Notes: a model not told the origin generated them from the sequence alone. A DNA stretch of 64,000 nucleotides from Eledone cirrhosa (GCA_964016885.1 OZ024747.1:10788001-10852000), one strand, 5' to 3'. Counted from the stretch's first letter, positions 40,129-53,798 are shown. A program made the numbers and translations.

Positions 40129-40466
40129 CATGTGTGTGAACGTGTATATGTGAACGTGTGTGTATGTGTGAACGTGTGTGTGTGTGTGAACGTGTGCGTG
40201 TATGTGTGAACGTGTGCGTGTATGTGTGAGCGTGTGTGTGTGAGCATGTGTGTGAACGTGTGTGTGTGTGTGAGCATGTGTGTGAACGTGTATATGTGAA
40301 CGTGTGTGTATGTGTGAACGTGTGTGTGTGTGTGTGAACGTGTGCGTGTATGTGTGAGCGTGTGTGTGTGTGAGCATGTGTGTGAACGTGTGTGTGTGTG
40401 AACGTATGTGTGTGTGTGTGAACGTGTGTGAGCGTGTGTGTGTGAGCATGTGTGTGGGCGCATATA

Positions 40467-40505
<39 letters not shown>

Positions 40506-40571
40506 GCATATGTATGTGTGTGTGTATATATGCATATGTATGTATATATATATATATATACATACATATGC

Positions 40572-40609
<38 letters not shown>

Positions 40610-40644
40610 ATGTGTGTGTTTGTATAGTTTAGTTTTCTTAAGAT

Positions 40645-40752
40645 CCAGTTGGCAGTATTGTTAGAATGTCAGATAGAATGCTTTACAGGTCTTCGTTCCG
40701 GTTTTCAGAGTTCAAATCCCACCAAGGTTAACTTTGCCTTTCACCCTTTCGA
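40645..40752 (+). mobile_element. Diverged Nin-like SINE followed by (TTC)n
   Basis: TGGCAGTATTG...GAGTTCAAATCCCACCAAGGTTAACTTTGCCTTTCA. Confidence 0.75.
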
Positions 40753-40869
40753 GTTTTTCTTCTTCTTCTTCTTCTTCTTCTTCTTCTTCTTCTTCTTCTT
40801 CTTCTTCTTCTTCTTCTTCTTCTTCTTCTTCTTCTTCTTCTTCTTCTTCTTCTTCTCACTCACTCCCCT

Positions 40870-41250
40870 CTCTTTGGCTTCCGTAAAACTAGATCTGCAG
40901 GAGATCTATTCTCTCGTTTTACCCACAAGTAGGTTCCTCACCCTTAAGAAATTTCGACGAAAGCAAATGCTGTTGCCCTCGAGATGAGCAAAGCTTTCGG
41001 CCACGTTTGATATCTGAATCTTCTAACAAAACTGCTCTTCTATGATTTTCATTCTTCTCTCATCTCCTGCATTGGTAGCTTCTTGTCAGTCCGCACTATC
41101 CCGTCTTGCAGTGGTTGAGTGTTCTGTGGCATATTCTATCAACTCTGACGAACCCCACGGTTCGGTTCTATCTCCCAATCTTTTCCTTCTATCCATTACT
41201 TCCCATTTCCACCCGACGACACCCACAGATGATAGCACCCTCCTTTCTTC
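40870..41250 (+). mobile_element. Reverse-transcriptase relic (CR1/L2/Jockey-like LINE)
   Basis: FGFRKTRSAGDL..AVALEMSKAFGHV*..LLTKL..SFLS..INSDEPHGSVLSPNLFLLSI..DDSTL corresponds to QYGFR, LDISKAFD, GVPQGSVLSP and YADD motifs, with stops and frameshifts. Confidence 0.85.
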
Positions 41251-41616
41251 CCTAATCTACCCACCAACTAATGTCTTTCTCGTGCAAACCTAAACACCTT
41301 ACACCAAATCTCCACTTATCCCATGAAACCTCGCATGAACCCCTAATGCGTTCAAGCTTATCTTGTCTTGTTTAAGAACCAAAAACAATACAAACACTAC
41401 TCATATCCAGTGTGGGATTTAATGGGGGACAAATGGGGTAATTGTTCCGGGTCCATTGCAGTGGGGGGTTCCCACCTGCGACAGCCGTAGCAGTGCCTTC
41501 AGCTGGGCTTTTTAGTTTTGATATGGTTAGAATTTTTTAATTTAATACCTGTTTGTATAACTTTACAATTCCAATTACTTGCACCAGGTTGACTTTGATA
41601 TGTAAAATTGGTTTGA

Positions 41617-43526
41617 GGATAGTTCTACCCCTCACTCACCCCCTCTTTCTTACCATTGATAGTGGCCTTAAGGATAGCTCTATCCCTCACTCACCCCCTC
41701 TTTCTTACCATTGATAGTGGCCCTAAGGATAGCTCTATCCCTCACTCACCCCTCTTTCTTACCATTGATAGTGGCCCTAAGGATAGCTCTATCCCTCACT
41801 CACCCCTCTTTCTTACCATTGATAGTGGCCCTAAGGATAGCTCTATCCCTCACTCACCCCCTCTTTCTTACCATTGATAGTGGCCCTAAGGATAGCTCTA
41901 TCCCTCACTCACCCCCTCTTTCTTACCATTGATAGTGGCCCTAAGGATAGCTCTATCCCTCACTCACCCCCTCTTTCTTACCATTGATAGTGGCCCTAAG
42001 GATAGCTCTATCCCTCACTCACCCCTCTTTCTTACCATTGATAGTGGCCCTAAGGATAGCTCTATCCCTCACTCACCCCTCTTTCTTACCATTGATAGTG
42101 GCCCTAAGGATAGCTCTATCCCTCACTCACCCCCTCTTTCTTACCATTGATAGTGGCCCTAAGGATAGCTCTATCCCTCACTCACCCCCTCTTTCTTACC
42201 ATTGATAGTGGCCTTAAGGATAGCTCTATCCCTCACTCACCCCCTCTTTCTTACCATTGATAGTGGCCTTAAGGATAGCTCTATCCCTCACTCACCCCCT
42301 CTTTCTTACCATTGATAGTGGCCCTAAGGATAGCTCTATCCCTCACTCACCCCCTCTTTCTTACCATTGATAGTGGCCTTAAGGATAGCTCTATCCCTCA
42401 CTCACCCCTCTTTCTTACCATTGATAGTGGCCCTAAGGATAGCTCTATCCCTCACTCACCCCTCTTTCTTACCATTGATAGTGGCCCTAAGGATAGCTCT
42501 ATCCCTCACTCACCCCCTCTTTCTTACCATTGATAGTGGCCCTAAGGATAGCTCTATCCCTCACTCACCCCCTCTTTCTTACCATTGATAGTGGCCCTAA
42601 GGATAGCTCTATCCCTCACTCACCCCCTCTTTCTTACCATTGATAGTGGCCCTAAGGATAGCTCTATCCCTCACTCACCCCTCTTTCTTACCATTGATAG
42701 TGGCCCTAAGGATAGCTCTATCCCTCACTCACCCCTCTTTCTTACCATTGATAGTGGCCCTAAGGATAGCTCTATCCCTCACTCACCCCCTCTTTCTTAC
42801 CATTGATAGTGGCCCTAAGGATAGCTCTATCCCTCACTCACCCCCTCTTTCTTACCATTGATAGTGGCCCTAAGGATAGCTCTATCCCTCACTCACCCCC
42901 TCTTTCTTACCATTGATAGTGGCCTTAAGGATAGCTCTATCCCTCACTCACCCCCTCTTTCTTACCATTGATAGTGGCCCTAAGGATAGCTCTATCCCTC
43001 ACTCACCCCCTCTTTCTTACCATTGATAGTGGCCTTAAGGATAGCTCTATCCCTCACTCACCCCTCTTTCTTACCATTGATAGTGGCCCTAAGGATAGCT
43101 CTATCCCTCACTCACCCCCTCTTTCTTACCATTGATAGTGGCCTTAAGGATAGCTCTACCCCTCACTCACCCCTCTTTCTTACCATTGATAGTGGCCCTA
43201 AGGATAGCTCTATCCCTCACTCACCCCCTCTTTCTTACCATTGATAGTGGCCTTAAGGATAGCTCTACCCCTCACTCACCCCTCTTTCTTACCATTGATA
43301 GTGGCCCTAAGGATAGCTCTATCCCTCACTCACCCCCTCTTTCTTACCATTGATAGTGGCCTTAAGGATAGCTCTATCCCTCACTCACCCCTCTTTCTTA
43401 CCATTGATAGTGGCCTTAAGGATAGCTCTATCCCTCACTCACCCCCTCTTTCTTACCATTGATAGTGGCCTTAAGGATAGCTCTACCCCTCACTCACCCC
43501 CTCTTTTTACCATTGACAGTGGCCTT
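41617..43526. repeat. 54/55-bp minisatellite, ~35 copies
   Basis: GGATAGCTCTATCCCTCACTCACCCC(C)TCTTTCTTACCATTGATAGTGGCC(C/T)TAA. Confidence 0.98.
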
Positions 43527-44232
43527 GAAAAGGACCATAAGTACCCCCTTCTCTCTGACTGAAAACAACAACCAAAAATGCACTATCTACAAACTTTATA
43601 CAAAAGTATTTACACAGTGGACTCAACAAGACGTCCCTCTACACACATCATAGTATTTGTCGTTGACATAAGCGACACTTTTGCTGCTATTCCTCTTCTG
43701 CTGTCCACTTATAACACAACACACTTAACAACTCCTTAAAAATAACTAAAACTCTCATGTCACTATATCTATGTGTCAAATAGCAACACAATTACAATCT
43801 CTATTTTCCTGAATCGAGAACCACCAGAGTGTCTCCTCCTCCTCACCCCTCCTCCTCCTCACCCCTCCTCCTCCTCCTCCTCCTCAACATCATCATCATC
43901 ATCATCACCTCCTCCTCCCCTCTTCTTCTTCTTCTTCTTCTTCTTCTTCTTCTTCTTCTTCTTCTTCTTCTTCTTCTTCTTCTTCACCCCCCCCCCCAAC
44001 CCCCCCTCCTCCTCTCACCAGTCCTTCCTAACATGTATACACAGCCATATAAGATCTGTATAGACTAATATACAGATGATAACCTAGTTACCTTCTCCAA
44101 CCATTTCCCAGACTCAACTGCACAATTGCACCAACTTTTCATCCATTATCTGCTTCCATGAACTCTTCTTGTCTTCGTCTTCCACCTAAAACATACTTTC
44201 GGGTCTCAAATAATAAGTGGGAGAAGAAGAAG

Positions 44233-44264
<32 letters not shown>

Positions 44265-44436
44265 GCTCTTTATCCCAGTACGTTTCGAAACTTCTGGAAA
44301 ATTAAATTGACAACATCCACACGACTTAGTCCGTAGTTGAAACTACAACAACAACTACTCTAATGAACTAAAACTATGTTAACTATGTCTGGCTGAGAAA
44401 TGTAATATTTAGATGCAATATTTCAAAATGTTAAAT

Positions 44437-44722
44437 AATGATTTCTGCTTTAGGCACAAGGCCAACATTTTCGGGGAGAGGGAAGTCGATTAAGCTGAGC
44501 CCAGTGTATTACTGGTACCTTATTCTATAATAATTGTTTCTACTTTTGGCACAAGGCCAGCAATTACCCAGTGCATTACTGGTACTTTATTTTATCGACC
44601 TCGTAAGGATGAAAGGCAAAGTTAACCTCGGCGGGATTTGAACTCAGAATGGCAAGGGCCGTAACTCTATGCGTCAAAGCATGGCGTCCGACCCTCTACC
44701 GATACTGCCAATCCACCTCCCC
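44437..44722 (-). mobile_element. Nin-like SINE plus SINE 3' fragment
   Basis: Reverse complement of the 27929-28213 arrangement. Confidence 0.88.
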
Positions 44723-45419
44723 TGTCAATCCACTATATAATACTTTCTAACTTAGACAAGAATCATGTAATTTTAGTGTGTGTGTGGGGGGGGGGGGGAT
44801 CGGTTAAATTGACCCCAGTACTTGACTGGTATTTTATTTTATCAATCTCGGAAAGATGAAAGGTAAAGTTGACCTGGTTCCAACAATAATGGACAGAGAC
44901 GAATGAACTGGGCAGAGGAGATAATGTCACATACACAACAACAAAAAGCTGCACAGCACTGCACTGCATCACAGCACTGCATCACAGCACTGCACTGCAC
45001 TGCACTGCACCACAGTCAGTACAATAAGCCAGAGGGTGCCGGGTTGGAGAATGTGGGTCTCCTCTACTAGGTGGGACCCTGAGTAATACAGAAACTACGT
45101 AATACGACGACTGCAGCCGGATGACGTTCATCGCCCACCATAGCAGTGGAGCAGGCTAGTTGTTGTTTGGCGAGACAAAGGTGTGGCTTTAAAGGACGTG
45201 TTTAAATTAAATTAATGACTGATACAGTTCAGGTATGGCGGGGATAGGTGTGGGTTGATTGTAGGATTACCTTTTGTGTTTGAGTTCGTGGACAGAATAG
45301 GTTTAGTCTAGATTTGTTTCGGTTCTAGTTAACAAAGATGGCGGTCGTAGTTGTATATAAATGTTACTTGGTCTGTTCAGTCACAGAGCAGCAGCAGCAG
45401 CAGCAGTACTGCTGCAATA

Positions 45420-45910
45420 AATATCATCAACATCATCACCATCATGAGCATTATCACCATCACCACCATCACCACCACCACCACCATCATCACCATCACC
45501 ATCATCACCACCACCATCACCAACACCATCATGACCACCACATCATCATCACCACCATCACCACCACCATCACCACCATCATCACCACATCACCACCACC
45601 ACCATCATCATCACCATCACCACCACCATCACCACCATCACCACCACCATCACCACCATCATCACCACATCATCACCACCACCACCACCACCATCATCAC
45701 CATCACCATCACCACCACCATCATCACCACCACCACCATCACCATCACCACCACCATCATGACCACCACATCATCATCACTACCATCACCACCACCACCA
45801 CCACCACCATCACCACCACCACCACCACCATCATCACCACATCACCATCACCACCACCATCACCACCACCACCACCACCATCACCATCATCATCATCATC
45901 GTCATGGTCA
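45420..45910. repeat. (CAC/CAT)n microsatellite
   Basis: Directly visible; source of the poly-His ORFs. Confidence 0.95.
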
Positions 45911-46187
45911 TCCTCAACTTGATGCGGCGTTTTCTTAAAAAGTTTGTCTCTCCTCGTTTCATTAATGAATATTCATAAGCACTCATTATATATTCATCAA
46001 CCTCATTATTATTCATGACATTCTCCGTCATTTTCTAATCTCCTTCTTCCATTAGATATTCATCTTTTTTACTTAGTTTGTTCTTCACATTGTTGTTGTT
46101 GTTGTTGTTAGTGGGGTGGAGTGGGGTACATACAGATTCTACATTGTCTTTTTTGTATATACATTATTTCTGAATATATACATACAT

Positions 46188-46235
<48 letters not shown>

Positions 46236-46250
46236 GTATATATATATATG

Positions 46251-46318
<68 letters not shown>

Positions 46319-46462
46319 AATATGAATATATATATATATATACGTATACATATCTATATATATCTATATATATATATATATATATATATAAATATGTATA
46401 TGTATATATATATATATATATAAATATGTATATGTATATATATATATATGTATATATAAATA

Positions 46463-46523
<61 letters not shown>

Positions 46524-46607
46524 TTATACATATATATATATATATATATATACACTTATACATATATATATATATATATATATCTATATCTATATATATA
46601 TACACTT

Positions 46608-46650
<43 letters not shown>

Positions 46651-46651
46651 T

Positions 46652-46704
46652 GAGATTCTACAGGACTAGAACTGTTTCATTCATTAGAAATCATCAGGAA
46701 TCTC
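46652..46704 (-). ncRNA. Type I hammerhead ribozyme inside a ~110-bp palindrome
   Basis: Minus strand GAGATTC-CTGATGA-T-TTC-TAAT-GAA-T-GAA-ACAG-TTCTAGTC-CTGT-A-GAATCTC: 7-bp stem I, intact core, GUA site. Confidence 0.72.
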
Positions 46705-46831
46705 CTGATGATTTCTAATGAATGAAACAGTTCTAGTCCTGTAGAATCTCATCTATATTAAAACTGTTATACTCTGCTATGTATTGAGTACCTTACTTAC
46801 TGTGGTTACCTCCGATTCAACCCGGAATAAC

Positions 46832-46868
<37 letters not shown>

Positions 46869-46870
46869 TG

Positions 46871-46904
<34 letters not shown>

Positions 46905-47116
46905 TGTGTACACACACATACACACACGCGCACATATATATGTGTGTGTGTATGTGTGTGCGTGCGTGGTTATGTGTGTGTGTGTGTGTGTGTGAGAGAT
47001 CTTCGGTTGTTTCCATAATGGAACAGACAGATAATGAAAGTAACGTGCAAGTGGCTGCGGGTTGCCGCCACTGGTGACCCCTTGACATAGTCCCCGTCTA
47101 GATGAAGTGTGACACC

Positions 47117-48235
47117 GGGTGGCACCCGAGCCACGGGTGGAACTCACACAAAGTGGCACCCGAGCCATGGATGGGACAAGCACCAGGTGGCACCCGAGCC
47201 ATAGATGGAAATTACACAAGGTGGCACCCGAGCCATGGATGGAACTCACACAAGGTGGCACCCGAGCCATGGATGGAAATTACACAAAGTGGCACCCGAG
47301 CCATGGATGGAAATTACACAAAGTGGCACCCGAGCCATGGATAGAAATTACACAAAGTGGCACCCGAGCCATGGATGGAACTCACACAAGGTGGCACCCG
47401 AGCCATGGATGGAAATTACACAAGGTGGCACCCGAGCCATGGATGGAACTCACACAAGGTGGCACCCGAGCCATGGATGGAAATTACACAAGGTGGCACC
47501 CGAGCCATGGATGGAACTCACACAAGGTGGCACCCGAGCCATGGATGGGACAAAGACCAGGTGGCACCCGAGCCATGGATGGAAATTACACAAGGTGGCA
47601 CCCGAGCCATGGATGGAACTCACACAAGGTGGCACCCGAGCCATGGATGGAACTCACACAAGGTGGCACCCGAGCCATGGATGGGACAAAGACCAGGTGG
47701 CACCCGAGCCATGGATGGAACTCACACAAAGTGGCACCCGAGCCATGGATGGAAATTACACAAGGTGGCACCCGAGCCATGGATGGAAATTACACAAGGT
47801 GGCACCCGAGCCATGGATGGAACTCACACAAGGTGGCACCCGAGCCATGGATGGAAATTACACAAGGTGGCACCCGAGCCATGGATGGAAATTACACAAG
47901 GTGGCACCCGAGCCATGGATGGAAATTACACAAGGTGGCACCCGAGCCATGGATGGAAATTACACAAGGTGGCACCCGAGCCATGGATGGAAATTACACA
48001 AGGTGGCACCCGAGCCATGGATGGAAATTACACAAAGTGGCACCCGAGCCATGGATGGAAATTACACAAAGTGGCACCCGAGCCATGGATGGGACAAACA
48101 CCAGGTGGCACCCGAGCCATGGATGGAAATTACATAAGGTGGGACCCGAGCCATGGATGGAACTCACACAAGGTGGCACCCGAGCCATGGATGGAACTCA
48201 CACAAGGTGGCACCCGAGCCACGGGTGGATCTCAT
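47117..48235. repeat. 34-bp minisatellite, ~33 copies, with a few interspersed variant types
   Basis: Constant GTGGCACCCGAGCCATGGATGG plus variable AAATTACACA / AACTCACACA / GACAAAGACC segments. Confidence 0.97.
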
Positions 48236-48284
48236 GACTTTGCCCTCGTCAGACCAACAAATTTAACCAATAAGTTGCGTGCCT

Positions 48285-48319
<35 letters not shown>

Positions 48320-48597
48320 AATAAAAATGGCGTAGACATTACAGTACAATGGGAGAAAACATAATAGTACTACTGATGATGTTACATATGTGCAACGAAA
48401 GAACTTTGATAAACTATATATATATATATTTATATCTGTATTTTTAACCGTTGGTCAATCAATGATAAAACGTTGATTGCCAGATAAATTAATTATGGAG
48501 ATATAAAAGATACAGAAGCGAAAACCAACCAAACAGTGAGTGTGTTCTGTTATTATTTCTGGCAATATTATTACAACAATATAACCCTCCTCAAGTA

Positions 48598-48662
<65 letters not shown>

Positions 48663-48663
48663 T

Positions 48664-49076
48664 CAGTATACCCCCGGCACTCGCGGTCACGATTATTCGC
48701 GGGATTTTCTTTGGAACCTAACTCATAATTGTTCGTGGAAACCACTGCATATTCGCGAACCTAACTCATAATTGTTCGTGGAAACCACTGCATATTCGCG
48801 GAATCGTAAATATCTTCCACGATTTTCTATGGCTTTTTTCGTGGCAATATATATTTTGTAACGCTAAATTATTAATAACAATATACCCTATTTGCCGACC
48901 TATTGGACGCCCCCCTTCGCATAAGACGCCCCCCACCTTTTATTTTTTTTATTAAATTTTTACGTTATATTTTGACGTTTATAGGCATTTTTATGGACCA
49001 CGTCCAATATTCGTGGTTTCCCACTTTTCGCGGGTGGTCTAGGTACGTAACGCCCGCGAATACTGGCGGACAACCG
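48664..49076. mobile_element. pogo/Tigger-like non-autonomous DNA transposon
   Basis: CAGTATACCCCCGGCACTCGCGG ... CCCGCGAATACTGGCGGACAACCG|TA imperfect TIRs; internal ATTCGCG reiteration and a tandem duplication of about 43 bp. Confidence 0.6.
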
Positions 49077-49655
49077 TATATATATATATATATATATATA
49101 TAACAAAAATTTTATTTAAAATTGTTGGGTTACAACGAGTAAATATTTTATAACTGATATAAAAGCACTCAACAGATTTTGGAGTATTTTAGGATATTAA
49201 ACAAATGGAAACTACATTTATAAAACCATATTTATTTCATTATATATATATTTCAGGGATATCATATTAAAAATATGGTATGCCCTCTTCAGACAAAATA
49301 CAATATATAAACAGTTTTATAAATAAATTTGACATACCTTGAAAAATTTACAACTTCCATTTAAAAAGTTGTTATGGTAGTGAGAATGTTAAGGACAGTT
49401 AGAAAGAAAGACGGAGAAAAAAGAAAAAAAGAAAAAGAAGGAAAAAAGAAAAAGAAAGAGCGGAAGGTGAAGAAGATGAAGAAATGTATATAAAGAGAAA
49501 AACAACAAATGAGAGATTTATGAGGGAAGGGGGTACTGTAATTATTTATTTATTTATTTATTTATTTAGTGTTAAGGATACGGGGAGAAATAAAACAAAA
49601 ACAAAAATAAATATATATATGATAAGTCCTGGCATATATATATATATATATATAT

Positions 49656-50027
49656 ACGATATTAAATAAATGGAAACTATATTTATAAAACCATATTTAT
49701 TTCATTATATATATTTCAGGGATATCATATTAACAATATGCTATGCCTTCCTCAGACAAAATACAATATAGACAGTTTTATAGATAAATAGATTTGACAT
49801 ACCGTTCAACATCGACTTGTATTTGAAAAGTTGATTTTGACTGCCAAATCAACTTTTCAAATACAAGTCGATGTTGAACGGTATGTCAAATCTATTTATC
49901 TATAAAACTGTCTATATTGTATTTTGTCTGAGGAAGGCATAGCATATTGTTAATATGATATCCCTGAAATATATATAATGAAATAAATATGGTTTTATAA
50001 ATATAGTTTCCATTTATTTAATATCGT
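49656..50027. repeat. Near-perfect ~180-bp-arm palindrome within a fold-back element (49105-50110)
   Basis: Arms read as exact reverse complements around the TGACTGCC spacer (~49839-49846). Confidence 0.92.
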
Positions 50028-50220
50028 AAATATACTCCAAATACTTGTTGAGTGCTTTTATATCAGTTATAAATATTTACTAGTTGTAACCCAACAATTT
50101 AAATATAACTTTCCATATATATATATATATATATATATTATAAAGAGTCAGGGCCCCGATGGATGAGTTTGGCCGTTTCAACCGCCAGTTCCAGTCTGTT
50201 GAAACGGCAAAAGCTCAGCC

Positions 50221-51160
50221 GTGTATATGTGTGTGTATGTGTCTGACTATATGTGTGTGTATGTACATGTGTCTGAGTGTATGTGTGTGGATGTACAATG
50301 TGTCTGAGTGTATGTATGTGTATATACATGTGTATATGTGTGTGTATGTGTTTGACTATATGTGTGTGTATGTACATGTGTCTGAGTGTATGTGTGTGGA
50401 TGTACAATGTGTCTGAGTGTATGTATGTGTATATACATGTGTATATGTGTGTGTATGTGTCTGAGTGTATGTATGTATATGTACATGTGTATATGTGTGT
50501 GTATGTATCTGACTATATGTATGTGTATGTACATGTGTATATGTGTGTATGTACATGTGTATATGTGTGTGTATCTGTCTGACTGTATATATGTGTATGT
50601 AGCTATGTATATGTGTGTATGTAGATATGTATATATGTGTGTGTGTGTACATGTGTATATGTGTGTATATGTGTCTGACTATATGTATGTGCATGTACAT
50701 GTGTATATGTGTGTATGTACAATTGTATATGTGTGTGTATGTGTCTGACTGTATATATGTGTATGTAGCTATGTATATGTGTGTATGTAGATATGTATAT
50801 ATGTGTGTGTGTGTACATGTGTATATGTGTGTGTATGTGTCTGAGTGTATCGATTTATGTTTTATTTACATCTCATACATATGAAAGTGTATATCTACAT
50901 GTTTGATTTTGTCAACGTCAGTATGTGTACTGGGTGTGTATATGTGTGCGCGTGTGTGTGTCTGTGTGTCTGTGTGTATGTGTGTATGTGTACTATGTGT
51001 GTGTGTATGTGTGTATGTGTGTATGTGTGTATGTGTGTATGTGTGTGTGTGTGTATGTGTGCGTGGGTCTGTATGTATGTGTGTGTGTATGTGTGTGTGT
51101 GTGTATGTGTGTGTATGTGTGTGTGTGTGTGTGTGTATGTGTGTGTGTATGTGTGTGCGT
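50221..51160. repeat. TG/TA compound low-complexity repeats
   Basis: Directly visible. Confidence 0.9.
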
Positions 51161-51235
51161 GTTCTCTGATGTAATCAATTTATTATTCGGGATACACACA
51201 AACACACATATGTATGTGTGTTTGTGTATCCATGT

Positions 51236-51321
<86 letters not shown>

Positions 51322-51574
51322 CACAGCTCTTCTATGTGTGTGCATGTATGTATATATATATACAAATATACAAACATACACAGCATTTCTATGCATATTT
51401 ATACCCCCCCCCCACACACACACACACCGATACATATATTGCGGAATAACTTCTTTCTCCAGTAAAACTGAATAAAATTATTAATTTGATATTTTTGTTG
51501 TTGTTGTTCAACACTATGTCAGCTCTGACCCATCTGACCTATGGTCAAAGACGTTCGAAGCATTTTCTAGAACA

Positions 51575-51800
51575 TTTAGAATATCTTAGAAAAGAATCAC
51601 TGGACAGATTTTTACGGCCAAAACCAACCGCCAGGAGACCTAAGGTTAGACCCCGAGATAAGATGGTTGGATAACATCCATGAGCTTGGCTGGTCACGCT
51701 TGGAGGATCCAGCCAGATCACTTGGAGACGGTTGCTTCTGACTGGACCTGCTGGGAGGAGTGTTTGAGGACTCTGACCGAACGAACCTCTCAGGAATAAG
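51575..51800 (+). mobile_element. RTE-like LINE 3' end
   Basis: Reverse complement homologue of 22326-22545. Confidence 0.8.
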
Positions 51801-52249
51801 AACTGTGAAACCGGTAAAGTAAATAAATATTCTTAAAAGACTTACATTTTCAAATACTTTTCCTTATACACACACACACGTACAATCACGTGTTAATCTC
51901 TGCCTCCGCCTCTGAGACTTTCTCACTTGCTGTAAACACGTCAGGAAACAGTCCATTTTCCCGAGCGGTCTCTTGATAAGCCGTATCAACTTCACAGCGA
52001 TGATGCACTTTTAAAGCGCAGAAATCGGTGCACACGGATCGGCGGAACTGCCCCCACGCCCCCCCCCCCCCTCTCCGGGGAATAAGTAGACGAAGAGGTG
52101 GGTTGAGGATATGTGAGGTTGTAGTGTTTAGTTTAGCTCATGGTACTCTAAAATGGCCAGAAAACCTCGATATGTGATAAACATAACTTGTACATAAATT
52201 GTAGCGGATATCAAGATAGATGTGTTTGGGGAGAAACTACCAAAACATG

Positions 52250-53090
52250 CACTACTACATGGAACTCTCTTTCAATGCCCCTCTCTATAACAATTAACTC
52301 CAGACTCTCACCCTCTCTATATCTATTACATTGAACTCTCTTTCAATCCACCTCTCTATATTTACTACACGGAACTCTCTTCCAATCCATCTCTCTATAT
52401 CTACTGCACGGAACTCTCTTCCAATCCACCTCTCTATATTTACTACACGGAACTCTCTTCCAATCCACCTCTCTATATTTACTACACGGAACTCTCTTCC
52501 AATCCACCTCTCTATATTTACTACACGGAACTCTCTTCCAATCCACCTCTCTATATTTACTACACGGAACTCTCTTCCAATCCACCTCTCTATATTTACT
52601 ACACGGAATTCTCTTCCAATCCACCTCTCTATATCTACTGCACGGAACTCTCTTCCAATCCACCTCTCTATATTTACTACACGGAACTCTCTTCCAATCC
52701 ACCTCTCTATATTTACTACATTGAACTCTCTTCCAATCCACCTCTCTATATCTACTACACGGAACTCTCTTCCAATCCACCTCTCTATATTTACTACACG
52801 GAACTCTCTTCCAATCCACCTCTCTATATTTACTACACGAAACTCTCTTCCAATCCCCCCTCTCTATATCTACTACACGGAACTCTCTTCCAATCCCCCT
52901 CTCCATATCTACTACACGGAACTCTCTTCCAATCCACCTCTCTAAAGCAATTAACACCAAACTCTGGCCCTCTCTATATCAACCATACAACACTCTCTTC
53001 CAATACCCCTCTCTATAACAATTAACCACAAACTCCCCACTCTCTATATCTACTACACGGAACTCTCTTCCAATCCCCCTCTCTATATCA
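52250..53090. repeat. 39-bp minisatellite with homogeneous core (52350-52940) and degenerate flanks
   Basis: TACTACACGGAACTCTCTTCCAATCCACCTCTCTATATT. Confidence 0.95.
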
Positions 53091-53432
53091 ATAAACATCA
53101 ATCTCCTCCCTCTCTATATATATCTATCTCTCCCATCTATCTCTACATAACATGTACATAATTTGTAGCTCATATACAAATAGATGTGTTTTGGTAATTT
53201 GGGGAGGAAATATAATAATGAGGCGGGGGGGGGGGCACCCTGGCACCCCAATTGCTACCGCCCTCCCCCCTCTCTCTCTCTATATATATATATGTGTGTG
53301 TGTGTGTGTCTCTCTCTCTCTCTCTCTGTATCTGTGTGTGTGTGTATCTGTGTGTATCTGTGTGCATGTGTATGAGTGTGTGAGTGTGTGTGTGCATCTG
53401 TGAGTGTGTATCTGTGAGTGTGTGTGTGTGTG

Positions 53433-53513
<81 letters not shown>

Positions 53514-53798
53514 TGAATGATGTGTTGTGCAGACCTTTAGCAGCGTTAATCTGATCTCGGGTTAATCAACAGTTGGAAAACTTCAAAGAACGAAAAACTC
53601 TTCTTCTCCCCCAACCCCTTCCTCATGTCCTCCTTCTCCCTCTTCAGTCTTTAGTTGAGTATAACCCCCCCCCTAGCATTATCCAAGAGTGTGTGTGGTG
53701 TAGTGTGTTAAAGATTGAGGTGTGTTGAATATCGTGTGTGGGGTACAGAGTGTGATGTGCAGTGTGGTGTAAAGTGATAGGACCCGCACTGAAATCAC

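Noticed and set aside
45338-45938. His-rich ORF starting at AAGATGGCG
   Set aside because: The body is a CAC/CAT microsatellite that shifts between His, Thr and Pro frames.
47117-48235. CRISPR-like constant repeat plus variable segment
   Set aside because: Variable parts are only ~11 nt and recur as a few types; no cas genes; eukaryotic context. It is a minisatellite.
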